Source: Eledone cirrhosa
Lineage: Eukaryota
Assembly: GCA_964016885.1 (NCBI GenBank)
Contig: OZ024752.1
Coordinates: forward strand, 28,644,001-28,708,000
Direction of reading: 5' to 3'
Length of the DNA stretch: 64,000 nucleotides
Below, piece by piece: positions 42,646 to 57,170 of this stretch (positions are counted from its first letter, which is position 1; each line of letters begins with the position of its first letter). Made by a program: the position numbers and the translations under genes. The notes below the pieces were generated by a model, which saw only the letters and a list, made by a program, of their open reading frames with translations, ran no database searches and was not told the DNA's origin.

Positions 42646-43206
42646 AGTGAGTGAGTGAAGGAGAGAGTGCGCGAATATAAAGGAAAAAACACTCGTTCAA
42701 TGCATGAGTGAAAAAAAAACACAATGGCAGGAAATTTGTTATGAATGAAAGCTAGAATGGTGATAATGAAAAAAATGTATTTATGATACACAAACACACA
42801 CACACATACACAAGCACACAGACGTACACATATATGTGTGTGTGTGTGTGTGTGTGTGTTATATATACATATATATATATATATTATATATATATATATT
42901 ATATATATGTGTCTGTGTGTATATTTGACTTTGCCTTTCATCCTTATGGGGTCGATAAAATAAAGTACCAGTAATGAACTGGGTAATTGCTGGCCTTGTG
43001 CCTAAAGTAGAAACAATTATATATATATATACATATATATAGCTATATATTAATTTGAACAACGTCAGTATTCCGTCTGTCATAATTCTCGATTATCATT
43101 GGTTCATAGGTTTCAAACGACTCCGCCCACCTCAACGACGCCAAACTGAAATTAATATGCATAGTGCCAATGAGGGGGTGAGAGGGGAGAGTGTGAACGC
43201 TGTGTT

Positions 43207-43870
43207 CAATAACTATTAACATGTGTTTGTATGTACGTGCGCGTATGTTTATGTGTGTATGCGTGCGTGCAGCGTTCCACAGAAAGTAAAAACTATCAAC
43301 ATGTGTGAGTGTGTGCGTGCGTACGTTTGCGTGCGTGTGCGCGTTTCCATGCGTGTATGTGTGTGGCGTTCCACAATCGCCACGCAGTTTATCTGTCTGT
43401 GTGCCTGTCTGCAGTCTAACATACATAGAGTTGTGAAGGGAGTAAATAGGGACCTTTCTTTACATTGACGGACATCTTTTATATTTATTATTGTCATTTT
43501 TATACACTATGTATATGTGTCAGTGTAGAGACATGTTTGTGTGTGATGTGTGTGGAAATAAGAGGGGAAGGAAAGCAATAACTATTAACATGTGTGCGTG
43601 TGTATGTACGTGCACGTATGTTTATGTGTGTGTACGTGCGTGCAACGTTCTACAGAAAGTAAAAACTATCAACATGTGTGAGTGTGTGCGTGTGTGTAGG
43701 TGTGCGTGCGTGTGCGCGTTTGCATTCGTGTTTGCGTGTGTACGTGCGGCATCCCACAATCGCCACGCAGTTCATCTGTCTGTGTGCCTGTCTGTCAGTC
43801 TAACATACACAGAGTTGTGAAGGCAGTAAATAGGGACCTTTTTTTACATTGACAGACATCTTTTATATTA
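43207..43870. repeat. Diverged ~370-bp tandem duplication
   Basis: CAATAACTATTAACATGTG at 43207 and 43577; both copies end in GACATCTTTTATATT. Confidence 0.85.
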
Positions 43871-43874
43871 ATTA

Positions 43875-44233
43875 TCTATATCTATATCTACATATAATAT
43901 AAAAGATTGGAACTTCCATCATCCTTTTGAGAAACGTAGAACAACCACGTCTATGCAGTGATATACGTTTTACAGCCAGGCAGAAGATGAACCATCTCCT
44001 AGAGGTCACTATTCTAGGGGGGAGCACCTAGAATTGTTCATATACTATGCACAAACGGTACAACGAAGAATCTGGTATATCTGGAAGATTTTCTTTACTG
44101 TATTTTGTATCACACAGACACCAAGGACTCGCCTCATACTGTAACCAAACAAACATCCAATACAGTCATTTTCTCTTTTACCTGTCTTCTCTTATCATCT
44201 GTTTACCCGGGCGAAGCTGGGTACGTCAGCTAG
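43875..44233 (+). mobile_element. Non-autonomous Helitron-like element
   Basis: 5' A|TCTA..ATAAAA start (exact TC ambiguous, 43875-43887); 3' hairpin ACCCGG(gcgaag)CTGGGT, then CTAG|T. Confidence 0.7.
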
Positions 44234-44365
44234 TATTATATATATACATATATATATATATAATATATATGTATAATAGATACAGAAGCGAAAACCAACC
44301 AAACAGTGAGTATGGTCTGTTATTATTACTGGCAATAGTATTACAACAATATGACCCTCTCCAAG

Positions 44366-44721
44366 TGGTAGGGTGCTACACGAGAATGCTGAGGATGGCT
44401 CTGAACATTAATCAGTATACACTGAGGATGAAGAACTTAGAACTGTACGGGAGCCTCCCAGAAGTCAGCTCAAAAGTGACACAGAGGAGACTGAGGTTAG
44501 CTGGACATGCTCACTGACATCCAGAATTGACACTGCACTCAGTGCTCCTGTGGGAGCCCCTACATGGACACGCTGGAAGAGGAAGACCGAGGTTGACATA
44601 TGTTGATGCCCTAAGGACAGACACTGGTCTCTTGGAGACGCAGGTCATGGCAGTGATAATGAGGGACAGAGACCGCTGGAGAGAACTTGCCCATGGATCT
44701 CGGGAATTTTACCCGCCCTAG
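44366..44721 (+). mobile_element. RTE-clade LINE 3' fragment
   Basis: GCYTRMLRMALNI...RRLRLAGH..*HPE..LLWEPLHGHAGRGRPRLTYVD.LR.DTG..; one in-frame TGA. Confidence 0.85.
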
Positions 44722-44848
44722 ATATATATATATATATATTTACGCACACATAAACATCTACATACAAATATACAATAATGAAGTAGACTCCAACAAAACA
44801 ACATAGTCATACAGGGGGAAAAGCCACAAAGATTGGGAGAGAGAAGGA

Positions 44849-44983
44849 GAAGAAGAAGAAGAAGAAGAAGAAGAAGAAGAAGAAGAAGAAGAAGAAGAAG
44901 AAGAAGAAGAAGAAGAAGAAGAAGAAGAAGAAGAAGAAGAAGAAGAAGAAGAAGAAGAAGAAGAAGAAGAAGAAGAAGAAGAA
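44849..44983. repeat. (GAA)n microsatellite
   Basis: About 45 perfect units. Confidence 0.97.
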
Positions 44984-45642
44984 ACCGGTGCTGTGTGATT
45001 CATGCATTTCAATGTCATATCTCTCTGTCGTACACTTTGGCAGTGTAATCTTTTCTGTTTTAGCACACGGTTGAAGTATGTCACTTATTCTAAATACTTT
45101 TAAGTATGCTGTATCACTGTGTTAATTTTGGGTTTATATTTAATTCTAATTTATATATACGTGTGTGTGTGTGCGCGTGCATAAACATACATCTTATTCA
45201 TTGCTCACTTATTCCTTGAAACGTCGTGAATGGCAGAGTCCTGAAGCACGCCTTTCTACTTCCATTTTGTCTGGTTAGATCCGCAAGCGTGACCATCGTG
45301 CTCGGGGTCTACCCTTGAGTCTCCTGTCGGTTGGTTTTTCCAGCGATTCTTTCCTTAGTTCCTTAGACATTCTGACAACACATGTCCGTAATATGGGAGC
45401 TGTCATCTAATTCTGAGAAGTAGCGGCTCTACCCGGATAGAAATCTGTTGGTCATTATCCAAGATTCCTGACTATAGGTAAGGGTTAGCAGGAATACTGA
45501 ACTGAAGACAGAGAGTTTGGCTTTCGCACCTACATCCCTTCTAACAACCGAATGCGGAAACTGGTGCATACAACACACACGCATTCACATACACAAACAC
45601 ACACGCACATTCGCATACATACACACATACACACACACATAT

Positions 45643-45692
<50 letters not shown>

Positions 45693-45894
45693 TTGTACAT
45701 ACATACACGTACATGTATTTATATATATATACATTTGTACATATATACACGTACATGTATTTATAAATATATATATATGTGTGTGTCTTTGTGTTAAAAA
45801 GAAAATAAGCGAATTTGGAACCATCGGTTTTTTCGATAAAAATAGAACTGGAATGCCATTTGGAGCGATTTCTTCTTTATTTAATTTTTAAATC

Positions 45895-45940
<46 letters not shown>

Positions 45941-47077
45941 TTTGATATACACATGAGCCTGTTGTATGCGTGTATTATTATTCATCTATGCGTGTATTAT
46001 AGTATTCATGCATGCGTATATATACTAGTATATATGCATGCGTATATATACTAGTTTTGTTTGTGTAATAAAATTTCCAAAATCCATAGAATCTTTTTTT
46101 ATGACATCACTATTGTTTTAAGCAAATTTATTCAATTTTCTCGATGCAATAAATTCATGAAAATCTCAATAACATTTCAAAATCACATTTATTCATAATC
46201 ATATTATGCTGAATCAGATTTGAGTTAATGTCTCGGAAAATTTAGAAACTAATCTAGAAACTTTTAAATTCATTATAGAAACCTCATTTGTTACTTGAAT
46301 TACCAAACGTTATCGAATATTCTATATTTTTTTCTTCCATCATTATTTAAAGTTGGAACATTTATAAGCGGAACAATGGCGGGGCGTTGACGAAACTGTT
46401 GTATCATTTAGATGGGAGACATTTAAACAATTTGTACGCGGGAATGGGGAAAATCTGAACCGGATTCTATAGAATTTCTATAAAAATGTTGATACTAATC
46501 TACGGACTATTACATTTCTCTATAATCCTGGTTATTTATTACTACAATTAATTCTATGATGCATATTTGTATGTTTTATATTATTTTTCTCATGCAAATG
46601 TTCTTCAATTGAATTCATTTAAAATCTTTGTTAAAAAGTTAATAAAATGTTTGTGAATAATATGAACAGTGTAAAATTTAATATAGCAAACGCTTTACAT
46701 GTTGCAAACTGTTGGACAGTTTTGGTATGAATAACTTAAACAAAGGTTCATTCGTTAATATCGAATCTATTGTTGTTAGCTTTGATAATAAAAAAACCGA
46801 GGATTCAAGACATCTTTGACTATTGATTATCCTGTCTTTTTACATATATAGTATATCAAGGAACGTAGGCGGCGAATTGACAGAGTCGTTAAAACGTTGG
46901 ATAGAATACTTTGTAGAATTCGTTTCGGCTCTCTGATCTCTGAGTTCAAATCACACCGAGGTCAACTTTGCCTTTCATCTATTCGAGGTCGATAAAAAAA
47001 AGTACCAGTCTAGTACTGGGGATCGATTCTTCCTCTATATCTCATTCTCACTTCCATTCTTTCTGTGGGTAATCAGA

Positions 47078-47663
47078 CCTGGAGAGGATTGTGCTTCGCC
47101 AGGTTTAAAAATACCCTAGAAACACTGTATGTTGTGTGTGTGTGTATGTGTGTGCGACAAAACTACTATACAGATTTCAGACTTTTGAAGACATATCTTA
47201 TTCTAACACTATTTAGTTGGTTAATGTCTACATGTCTACATAGCCTTCAGGTACGACGTCATCATCACTGTAATACAGGTTCCCAGCCAATTTTCTTTTC
47301 TTATTTTGGGGAACATATAATAGTCAGATGGGATCAAATCAGGAGAATAGGGACACGATAGCCATGGTTAGTACAACTATATAAAAGACCCTTATAACTG
47401 GGCTAATGAGTCTAATATGAAATGGAATAAAATGTATTCCAGTTGTTCGATCAACGAAACGGCTTGCTCGTGAAATTAACGTGAAAGTGGCTGAGCATTC
47501 CACAGACACGGGAATACGTAATTCTCAGGGAAATTAAGCATAACAGAATGTGTAACAAAGCTGGCCCGTTGAATTACAGGTACTGGAGAGGATTGTGCTT
47601 CGCCAGGTTTAAAAATACCCTAGAAAAGCCGCATGTGTGTGTGTATGTGCGTGTGTCTATGCT

Positions 47664-47697
<34 letters not shown>

Positions 47698-47830
47698 TGT
47701 GTGTGTGTGTGTGTTTGTGCGGCAAAAATACCATACAGGTTTCAGACTCTTTTGAAGACATATCTTAATCTAACGCTATTCAGTTGGTTGTTGTCTACAT
47801 ATCCTTCAGATACGAGCTCATCATCACTTA
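47078..47830. repeat. Local ~200-bp direct duplication (47078 and 47583)
   Basis: CTGGAGAGGATTGTGCTTCGCCAGGTTTAAAAATACCCTAGAAA...GAAGACATATCTTA occurs twice. Confidence 0.8.
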
Positions 47831-47997
47831 GATACAGTTTCTGTCTACCAAAGGCATGGATAGAATCGAGGCTATGATAAATGAATATTTACCTAAGATA
47901 CCAAGCTATGGGATCAAACCCTGGACTGTAGCGAACTCTTTAACCAATCGCTCAAGCTGTGTTCATATAATCTAATGTATATTATCACAGAATATAA

Positions 47998-48280
47998 TTG
48001 TGTACAAACGTTGTACAACGTTGTACAAACGTTTGTGCAAATGTTGTACACACGTTGTACAAACACGTTGTATAAACGTTGTACAAACGTTTTACAACGT
48101 TGTACAAACACTGTACAAGCGTTGTACAACGTTGTACAAACATTGTACAACGTTGTGCAAACGTTGTACAACGTTGTACAAACATTGTACAAACGTTGTA
48201 CAAACGTTGTTTAAACGCTGTATAAACGTTGTACAAACGCTGTTTCAACGGTGTATAAACATGGTAGAAACGTTGTTCAA
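47998..48280. repeat. 10-11-bp minisatellite (TTGTACAA[A]CG)n
   Basis: About 25 degenerate units. Confidence 0.9.
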
Positions 48281-48592
48281 AATCTAAATAATATTTTCAA
48301 ATTATAGGTTTTAGAACAGTTTTTTCATTGTTGTTCTAAAATAAAGAAGCTTTAAAACATCATAATTATCTAATTTTTTCCTAAATTTGTTTATTTTTTC
48401 TTTTCTTCATATCCTTTTGATTTTGTTTAACGTTTTAGATTTTATCTTCAATATGTTTCTGCTTTAGTTGAAGTTCGAGAATGTTCTACTGTCTTCATGT
48501 TCTTTTCGTGGTTGTCGTTGTAGTTTGTTTTTTTTTTAGTCTGTTTTTTTAAATGTCTATATCATTGTTGTTCAAAACTATAGGTCTCTTCA

Positions 48593-48593
<1 letters not shown>

Positions 48594-48653
<60 letters not shown>

Positions 48654-48666
48654 TACATATATATAT

Positions 48667-48713
<47 letters not shown>

Positions 48714-48775
48714 TATACACACACACACACACACATACATGTATATATATACACACACACATAATATATATATAC

Positions 48776-48806
<31 letters not shown>

Positions 48807-48935
48807 CACACATACACACGTACATATATATATATACACACACATATATATATACACACACACACATATATATATATATATACACACACATACATATATA
48901 TATACACACACACATATATATATATACACACACAC

Positions 48936-48998
<63 letters not shown>

Positions 48999-49009
48999 TA
49001 TATATATAT

Positions 49010-49063
<54 letters not shown>

Positions 49064-49079
49064 GCATATATATATATAT

Positions 49080-49112
<33 letters not shown>

Positions 49113-49495
49113 CATACACGCATATATGTATATGTGTGTGTGTGTTTATATGTATATATATATATATATGTGTGTGTGTATGTATATATGTGAGTATGTG
49201 TGTGTATATATATATGTGTGTGTGTATATACATATATGTGTGTGTGTATGTGTGTGTCTATACATACACACACATACACACACACATGTGCGTGTGTGTG
49301 TATATATATATAATATGTGTGTGTATGTGTATGTGTGTGTGTGTATATATGTGAGTGTGCATATGTATATATTACTCTTTTACTCTTTTACCTGTTCCAG
49401 CCAACCGGCTGAGGCCATGATGGGGCACCACCCTTATATATATATGTATATGTATATATGTATATATATATATATATATATATGTGTGTATGTGT

Positions 49496-49590
<95 letters not shown>
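48594..49590. repeat. Compound (TA)n/(CA)n/(TG)n tract
   Basis: About 1 kb of alternating purine-pyrimidine DNA; CA-rich left part, TG-rich right part. Confidence 0.95.
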
Positions 49591-49833
49591 CCATTCAGGC
49601 CACCATTTTTATTTCCGATAGTTGTGTTTTTTATGCCTGCTACTGTTTATAAATTATATATTGTTTTTGATGCAACATATTTATATATATAAATAGATAT
49701 ATAGATAGCTATCGTTGTGTGTGTGTGTGTGTGTGGTGCAGCCAGAGGAAGCGACCAAGCTGAAATTACACTCTACACTGAAAAGTATAGAGTTGAACCA
49801 GTTCACGTTTGAATGATTTAAATTCTATGGTAT

Positions 49834-49917
<84 letters not shown>

Positions 49918-49918
49918 C

Positions 49919-49953
<35 letters not shown>

Positions 49954-50732
49954 GTAGTTTCGCAGAGGATTGGCTCAAGTGACCTATAGGAGCTATGGAC
50001 CCGACTCCAGTATTGTGCTGCTCCTCAGACTGGTGATGTTATATATTGTTATACTTTGGGAGAGTCATGCTGCCACCAAATTCAAAAACGAAGTATATAT
50101 ATATATAACTTTTTCATATGTAACCATTTGCAGCGCCGCAGCTCCATTATTATCATATTTACACATATATTTTTTCCTCCGCTGCCACCAGTCTGTTTCG
50201 TTCTTTGTGTCTTTACCCTTTCTAGCAGTCTCTCTCTCTCTGTTAGCCTCTTCCTCACCTTTCACTCACTCACTCTCTGTCACTACCTCTCCTCCACCCC
50301 TTTCTTCCCGTTTCACCTGTCCGTAATCCTTTTCTCGCGGGCACTTGGCCAAGCCGGTATGAATTTTTTTTCTCTCTCTCTCGTCTGCGACTTCACAGAA
50401 CTTATGTTTACCGAATTCGCAGACCAGACCCCTTCTTCCTCCCGTTAGACCTGTGCGAAATTCCTTCCTTGCTCACATTTCAACCAGGTTTGATGGTCTT
50501 TATTCTCTCGTTCACGATTCTACCGAATTTATATTCATAGAAATCTGGGACTTGTTTCCTTCTTCCTCTCTTTCTGCTGCTTAAACCATTTTGTCTGTTT
50601 ACCCTAGCGTCCCCTTTATTTACGTGTCCCAACGACTTTTTTTAGCCGTTGCTCGCACCAACCTGAGGTATATGGCCTTTAATGCGACGAAATGCCTACG
50701 ACGGTTGGATGGCCACTGATGAGGACCAACTT

Positions 50733-50770
<38 letters not shown>

Positions 50771-52254
50771 CCTTTCATCCATTCGAGTTCGATAAAAAAA
50801 AAAGTGCCAATAGAGTACTGTGGTCGATTCTTCTTCTATATCTCTTTCTCATTTCCATTCTTTTACTTTCTATCCTTCTCTGGAAGAAATCTGTTCTATT
50901 CAGATCTGGAGAGGATATCGGCTCCAACAGGTTTTAAAAGCGCCTTAGAAATGCCCTATGTTAATACAGCGCCCCAACATCTCCCTCAAACGTTACCATG
51001 CCATGCATGCATCTAGGCTACGTAAGTTTAGTGTAAACCAAGATTCTTAACTCTAAATGTTCGACTTCGAAACTAACACTATTGACTTGGTTAAAATTGT
51101 AACCAATGACTTATGAATATGATTAAGAAAAGAAAATATACAGACGAAATTAAAATACTTCAATGTATAAGTAGAATATAAAACGAGTTTATCAAAAATA
51201 GAGATAAGTCTGAAATACTAGATACCGTTTCTGTGGCGGAATTAGAACACATACACCACCACACCGAAGTCTAATACTTCAGACATACTTGTCATTATAT
51301 CATCTAAGTACCAAACATTGCTTTCTAGTTTGAATGAGTCAATTGGTAAAATGAAGGTCAGAAGTTCAGTTCTGATCAATTCAACACCAAATGTATTAGT
51401 TAATCATCTGTAAAATAACTTAACTACCTACTGAAGTAATTAGTCATCTGGTTTTCACCAGCTAGCCACGCAGTTTAGAAATAGCTGGCTTGTAATCGCA
51501 TACAATCAACCATGTTTATTTAGTTAACAACTCATTTATTACAGAATGTGTTAGCTGTTAGTATAAAAATGCAATAGAATAGCAGTCACTGTCGGTAAGA
51601 GATTATTTATCAGCTCTTGGTTGAATCAGTACATTAAACTGGTGTTTACATGTGTCATTCATGGACTAAGTACTGGCATCTTCAGGTCAGTGTAGATATG
51701 ACGAGAATGTTGTTGGCACAACTATCTCTAGCCACCACATCATCACAGTCCTCGCTATTAGGTGCAAAATCACCTCGAAATAAACAGACACCTATATAAG
51801 TGCAGATATCTTCAAAAGATCATCTTAATTTGCAGCATAGAGTTACGGCCCTTTATGATCAGAGTTCAAATCCCGCCGAGGCTAACTTTGCCTTTCATCC
51901 ATACAGGGTCGATAAAATAAAGTACCAGCAAACACTTCAAAAAAACATACAAAAGAATGTCTCTGTATGTATATACATATATACACACATTTTATTATGA
52001 AATGATTTTATATACTAATTGCTGGCCTTGTGCCAAAAGTAGAAACAATTATTATGCATATTCACTCCATACAAAATTTGTATAATATATATATATATAA
52101 TTAAAATTTCATACACTTAACATGTGCGTGCGACGTTAGATTTTGGGGTCCAGTTATGGCCACCACTGTATAGTGGAGAAGCCGTTACAATACTAGCCTC
52201 CACTATTACAATGGTATGAACATTATTTTTCTTTCGACTTTTATCTACAGATAT

Positions 52255-52290
<36 letters not shown>

Positions 52291-52582
52291 AACATGTTTA
52301 ACCCCGACTGCAGAGCTCAGGTCGTTTCGACCCTAAGTATTGAGTACTCTGGTGCGTTATGGTCCATCTGGTTCCTTACCACATTTCCTTCGTTTTATAT
52401 ATATATATATATCAGTAGACCATATCCCACCAGAATACTCGATACTTGGGATAGTAGAGTGGGTAATATGAAAAGATTCAGGACCCCGACGGCTGAGCTC
52501 AGGCCGTTTCGACAACTAGATCGAAACGGCCGGAACTCAGCGGTCGGGGTCCTGAATCTGTTCATATATATATATATATATA

Positions 52583-52920
52583 GTTCCTGTCTGTTTGTTT
52601 GTTTGTTCACGAACTCCTCCTATGGTTTTGGAGATAGACCCCCATAGCCATATATATTCTGAAACTACATTGCCCAGAGTACTTGGATAAGTATATTTCA
52701 AAGGGTTCCCCGGGGGCACAAACCCCCGCTGAAAATGTTTTCCCTTAGATTTATATGAAACTTATAAAGGTAAATGACAGAAATTTCAGAAAAATTCCAA
52801 TAATATTAAGACACCCTAATGGAGTTTTTCTCCATAAATTATATCACTGATTTAAAATCAATCATCATTTTCTTACAAAAGAAATGTGTGAAACGCAGCA
52901 AGGCGTGGGTAGTTCGTCTA

Positions 52921-52921
<1 letters not shown>
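52583..52921 (+). mobile_element. Probable non-autonomous Helitron-like element
   Basis: 5' GTCTGTTTGTTTGTTTGT motif; 3' ACGC(agcaag)GCGT hairpin, then CTAG|T. Confidence 0.5.
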
Positions 52922-52970
<49 letters not shown>

Positions 52971-52979
52971 TATAGAAAA

Positions 52980-53025
52980 GCTTCTACAGGACTAGAACTG
53001 CTTCATTCGTGAGAAATCATCAGGA

Positions 53026-53026
<1 letters not shown>
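52980..53026 (-). ncRNA. Decayed hammerhead motif
   Basis: TTC-CTGATGA-TTTC(tcac)GAAT-GAAG-CAG...CTG-TA-GAA; GAAA mutated to GAAG. Confidence 0.5.
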
Positions 53027-53094
<68 letters not shown>

Positions 53095-53175
53095 AAAAGT
53101 TTGGTAGAAATATCCAAGGGTAAGAGCTCTTAGTCCATAGGACGAGTTTTGTATAAATAGTTACAAGTGACATAA

Positions 53176-53226
53176 ACAGATACTTTAACTTTCGTTGGGT
53201 TCTGAACCCCAACTCATTCAGCCTGC
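53176..53226 (-). ncRNA. Decayed hammerhead motif
   Basis: GCAGG-CTGAATGA-GTTGGG(gttcagaa)CCCAAC-GAAA..GTA-TCTGT; 1-nt insertion in the core. Confidence 0.5.
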
Positions 53227-56087
53227 CATAAGAACCCAAGGAAACTTAGATATATATATATAAGTGATGTTATCAAGAAATATACATTAAACAATGTTAA
53301 TACATTTCTTTTGATTATTTTTCACCCGTAAAATCACCCTAGTTTCATTTAACTACACTCTGCCTGTTATGTTAACTTTGTACGTATCCATGGTTTGTAT
53401 TTATCATGTTTATAGTATCAAATGACAACACTATGTCGAACTCTAACCACAAGGATTGCTGAGAAACCTCCAATGTTGATGTCTCATTGAGTCTACCATT
53501 TTTTACATCCACTTGGCCATCATTAAACTAAAAAAAATTCAGCAAATAGATAGTGTTTTTACATTATAAAACCTCAACGTATAGAACAATGCGTTCTTAT
53601 ATATTTACCATTAACACTGCTTCGTTTTCAGTTGTTAAATGTATTGTTTATTACAGTGAGATCAATCAAAGTTATTCCCAATGAATGGAAATAAATTGAT
53701 CTGTTATTTCTCATATTTATTTTAAGTGTATTATACAATTAGCAAGTACACTCGAAAGAGACAGTAGCCCGCTGGCATTGTTAGGGCAGTGCTGTGAACG
53801 TTATAATTGCGTTATAATCATACAACAATAGTTGGAATGTTATTGTACTTGGAATTACATATAACATAAATCATATATATTGTGCATCAAATTTACAATG
53901 GTGGGGGTCGATCGACAAGATCCCAGACCTCATTCGCTTTCCGAGTGGGGTGGAGCTTGTCAACTAGGACCAATGAAACAATGTTTCCATTGGCCTGTCA
54001 AATGCTAATACTATCTACCAGTCGCAACTCCTTTAGAAGGAGGAACGCGAAATAAAGTGTCTTGCTCATGAACATAACGCATCACCCGATCCGGGATCGA
54101 ACGCGCAACCTTACGTTTGCGAATCTAATTTTCTAACCACTATGCCTCGGGTTTTCACTAAATTTACAATAGTTGCGATTATAAGTCCACAGTAAATTGG
54201 CGAATGAAGGGTTAATCCAACATATGAATCTGTTTTCAATGATACCAATGGTAAGATTTTACCATGGGATTACCTTTGTTATGTTTACTTTTGCCCTGCC
54301 TGATGAATTTTCTTATTTTTATCTCAATGTTGTACAAGTCCCTTTTCTTAGTTTCCAGTTATGATGAACACTGTTATATGCAATCTTTAGTTTATAAACT
54401 TCTGGGGGGGGGGGGGTCTTTCTCAAATCTATAGTCGTTTCCTGGGCTCTTTTTTGACACATTATCAGCAAGTTATGGGTTATCAAATACCTGCATATAT
54501 TTTCTCGTTTGTCTTGTGACGCTAAACTTCGCCAGTTGCAGACTGCGCATCAACATGAGATATTCTTCTCCTCAAAGTTCGATCACCAGCAGCAGAGTTT
54601 GGTTAGCAACCTTTATCTCTGCAAACGCCTACAAAAGCTTTAGAACTCCCAAGAATCTCCTTCGTGTTTCCGTTACCAAAGCCTTATGCACTTTCAATAT
54701 TTCAGTATTTTATAGAAATATCTTCTTATTATATCTAACAGTTTGGGGTAAAACGAGTTATACACAGTTATTGTGTTTAGAAAAACAAACACATCTGCCA
54801 TTATCAAAACCGAGTATTGTCTAGATAATATTCTTATCTAATTAATTATCTTTTGCATTTTTAACTATAATTGCTTTCATAGGAAACGCTTAATTGTTCA
54901 TATGATCCAAGAGGCATCTCTATTATAATTATTTACTACTTTCTCATAAATTTATGCCCGCAATCTTTCAGCCCAGTTCCTAATTCTATATTTTTTCCGT
55001 TTTCAGTAAATATTGTCTGTAAATGTTTTTAACTGTTTTCGCTTTTTAATTGTCTGAGCTGTTAGGCTTCTAATATTAGTTATTTTTTAGTTTTCACATA
55101 ATTCCTGGTATTTCAGACTTATCATCTCTATTTTTGATAAAGTCGTTTGACTAGTAATATTTCAATTTCGTCTGTATATGTTCTATTCTTAATCTTATTC
55201 ATAAGTCCTTCGTTAAGTTTTCGATATTTGTATTTTTCTTTTTCTATATACACTTACCTAAGTAGTTCCATGTCTGCGAGTGTTATTTATTTCTGTACTG
55301 ACTGGAACTTTTGTAATCATCTCTACTTATATAACAATACCAGAATAAAATATCTTCTCAAGTATGAGAGGAATTATATGATGTGGTTTTACAACATATA
55401 TCTAAAAGCAGAGTCATACAAATCCACACTGGATAATAAAGCCATTACTTCAGACAGCAAAAAAAAAGAAACGGGAAGAGAAAAATTATGGATTCTTCAT
55501 GGCTGATATACCTTTCATCAGAGGTCTGTTTGATCAAGGGCGATACGAGGTTAGACAACAGAACAACAACCTGCTCAAATTATCAAATAGCGACTAATAT
55601 GACTACATTTGTATAGTGTTACATATTCTCTGAGTTCAAATCCTGCCGAGATCAACTTTGCCATTCATCCATTCAAGGTCGATAAAATAGTACCAGTCTA
55701 GAACTGGGGTCGATTCTTTTTCCTCTCTATATCTCTTTCTCACTTCCATTCCCTCACACTCTCTATCATTCAATGGAAGAAATCTGCTCTGTTCAGACCT
55801 GTATAATATATAATGCACCTAGTACACTCTATAAGATAGTTGGCATTAGGAAGGACAACAATCTGTAGAAAGTATTCCAAATATAAAACATAACGGCGAA
55901 GATATTGTACCTTGATCTGTCTAGTCTCTGTCTGTAATAACCCATTGAACCTATTCCAGTGAAAAGCAATGATGTAGATAGTAATAATTATTCCTTACAT
56001 GGGTAGCAGAAGAGGCATTTCGGCTAAAAAAAACATTCGAGATCAATTATGTATCTAAATCCGAGATAAAATCCAAATCATTAACAT

Positions 56088-56275
56088 AATTGTTTCTACT
56101 TTTGGCACAAGGCCAGCAATTATCCCAGTGTATTACTGTACTTTATTTTATCGACCCGTTAAGGATGAAAGACAAAGTTAACCTCGGCGGGATTTGAACT
56201 CAGACCATAAAGGGCCGTAACTCTATACTGCAAAGCATGGCGTCCGATCCTCTACCGATACTGCCACTCCACCGC
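56088..56275 (-). mobile_element. SINE family A
   Basis: Full copy. Confidence 0.85.
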
Positions 56276-56934
56276 AACTTTGTTATTTAAAAAGGAAGCT
56301 GATATTCAGTCGGTTACGACGCCGAGTGTTCCAGCGCGTAGCTCGGAGATCAGAGAGTCACTCCAGGTAGAGCCGCTACATCTCCGAATTGAGAGATCAC
56401 AGCTCCGATACTATGGACATGTGGTTAGAATGTCTCAGAAAATAATCGCTGGTTAGATTTTATGGGCAAAACCAACAAGTAGGAGACCCGGGGGTAGACC
56501 CCGAGCAAGATGGTTGGTTAACATCCATGATTTTGGCTGATCACGCTTGGGGATCAAGCCGGATCAGTTGGAGACGGTTGCTTCTGACAGGACTCGCTGG
56601 AGGGAGTGTTTGAGGACTCTGCCCCCGCGACCCTCTCAGGAATAAGTGGGTGAAGAAGAAGAATAGCAGGTTACGTTACGTCGTTAACAAAATGTTAGTT
56701 AAACAATATTATTATTATTAATAACATGCAATGGCGGCGGATTAACAATATCGGTAGAGCGTCGGACAACTTGCTTTGCGTCATATAGTAACGGCTTTTT
56801 ACGTTCTGAATCCAAATCCCGCCGAGGTTGGCTTTGTGCCTAAATCAGAAACATTTATTAATAAGATGCATTTATTACAAATATATAAATGGGGAATCTG
56901 TTTTATCTGATTTTAATTTATCAGATATTTATTA

Positions 56935-57170
56935 GCATGGCTTAGTGGTTAGAGGATTTGATTCGCAATCGTGAAACTGTGAGTTCGATTCCCGGACCGG
57001 ACGATACGTTATGTCTTTGAGCAAGACACTTTATTTCACGTTGCTTATTCTGCCAGGAAGTTGCGACCGGTAGATAATATTAGCAATTGGAAAGACCAAC
57101 GGAAACATTGTTTCATTGGTCCGATTTGACGAGTTCCACGCCACTCAGTAAGCGAATGAGGTCTGGGAAT
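56935..57170 (+). mobile_element. tRNA-derived CORE-type SINE (second copy inverted at about 53920-54147)
   Basis: A-box TGGCTTAGTGG, B-box GTTCGATTCC, CORE-like TGTCTTTGAGCAAGACACTTTA. Confidence 0.75.

Noticed and set aside
44758-45084. Poly-Arg, poly-Ser and poly-Phe ORFs
   Set aside because: (GAA)n microsatellite.
56935-57000. tRNA-like sequence with A and B boxes (also the family-A heads)
   Set aside because: No complete cloverleaf, and it continues into SINE body sequence; these are SINE heads, not tRNA genes.
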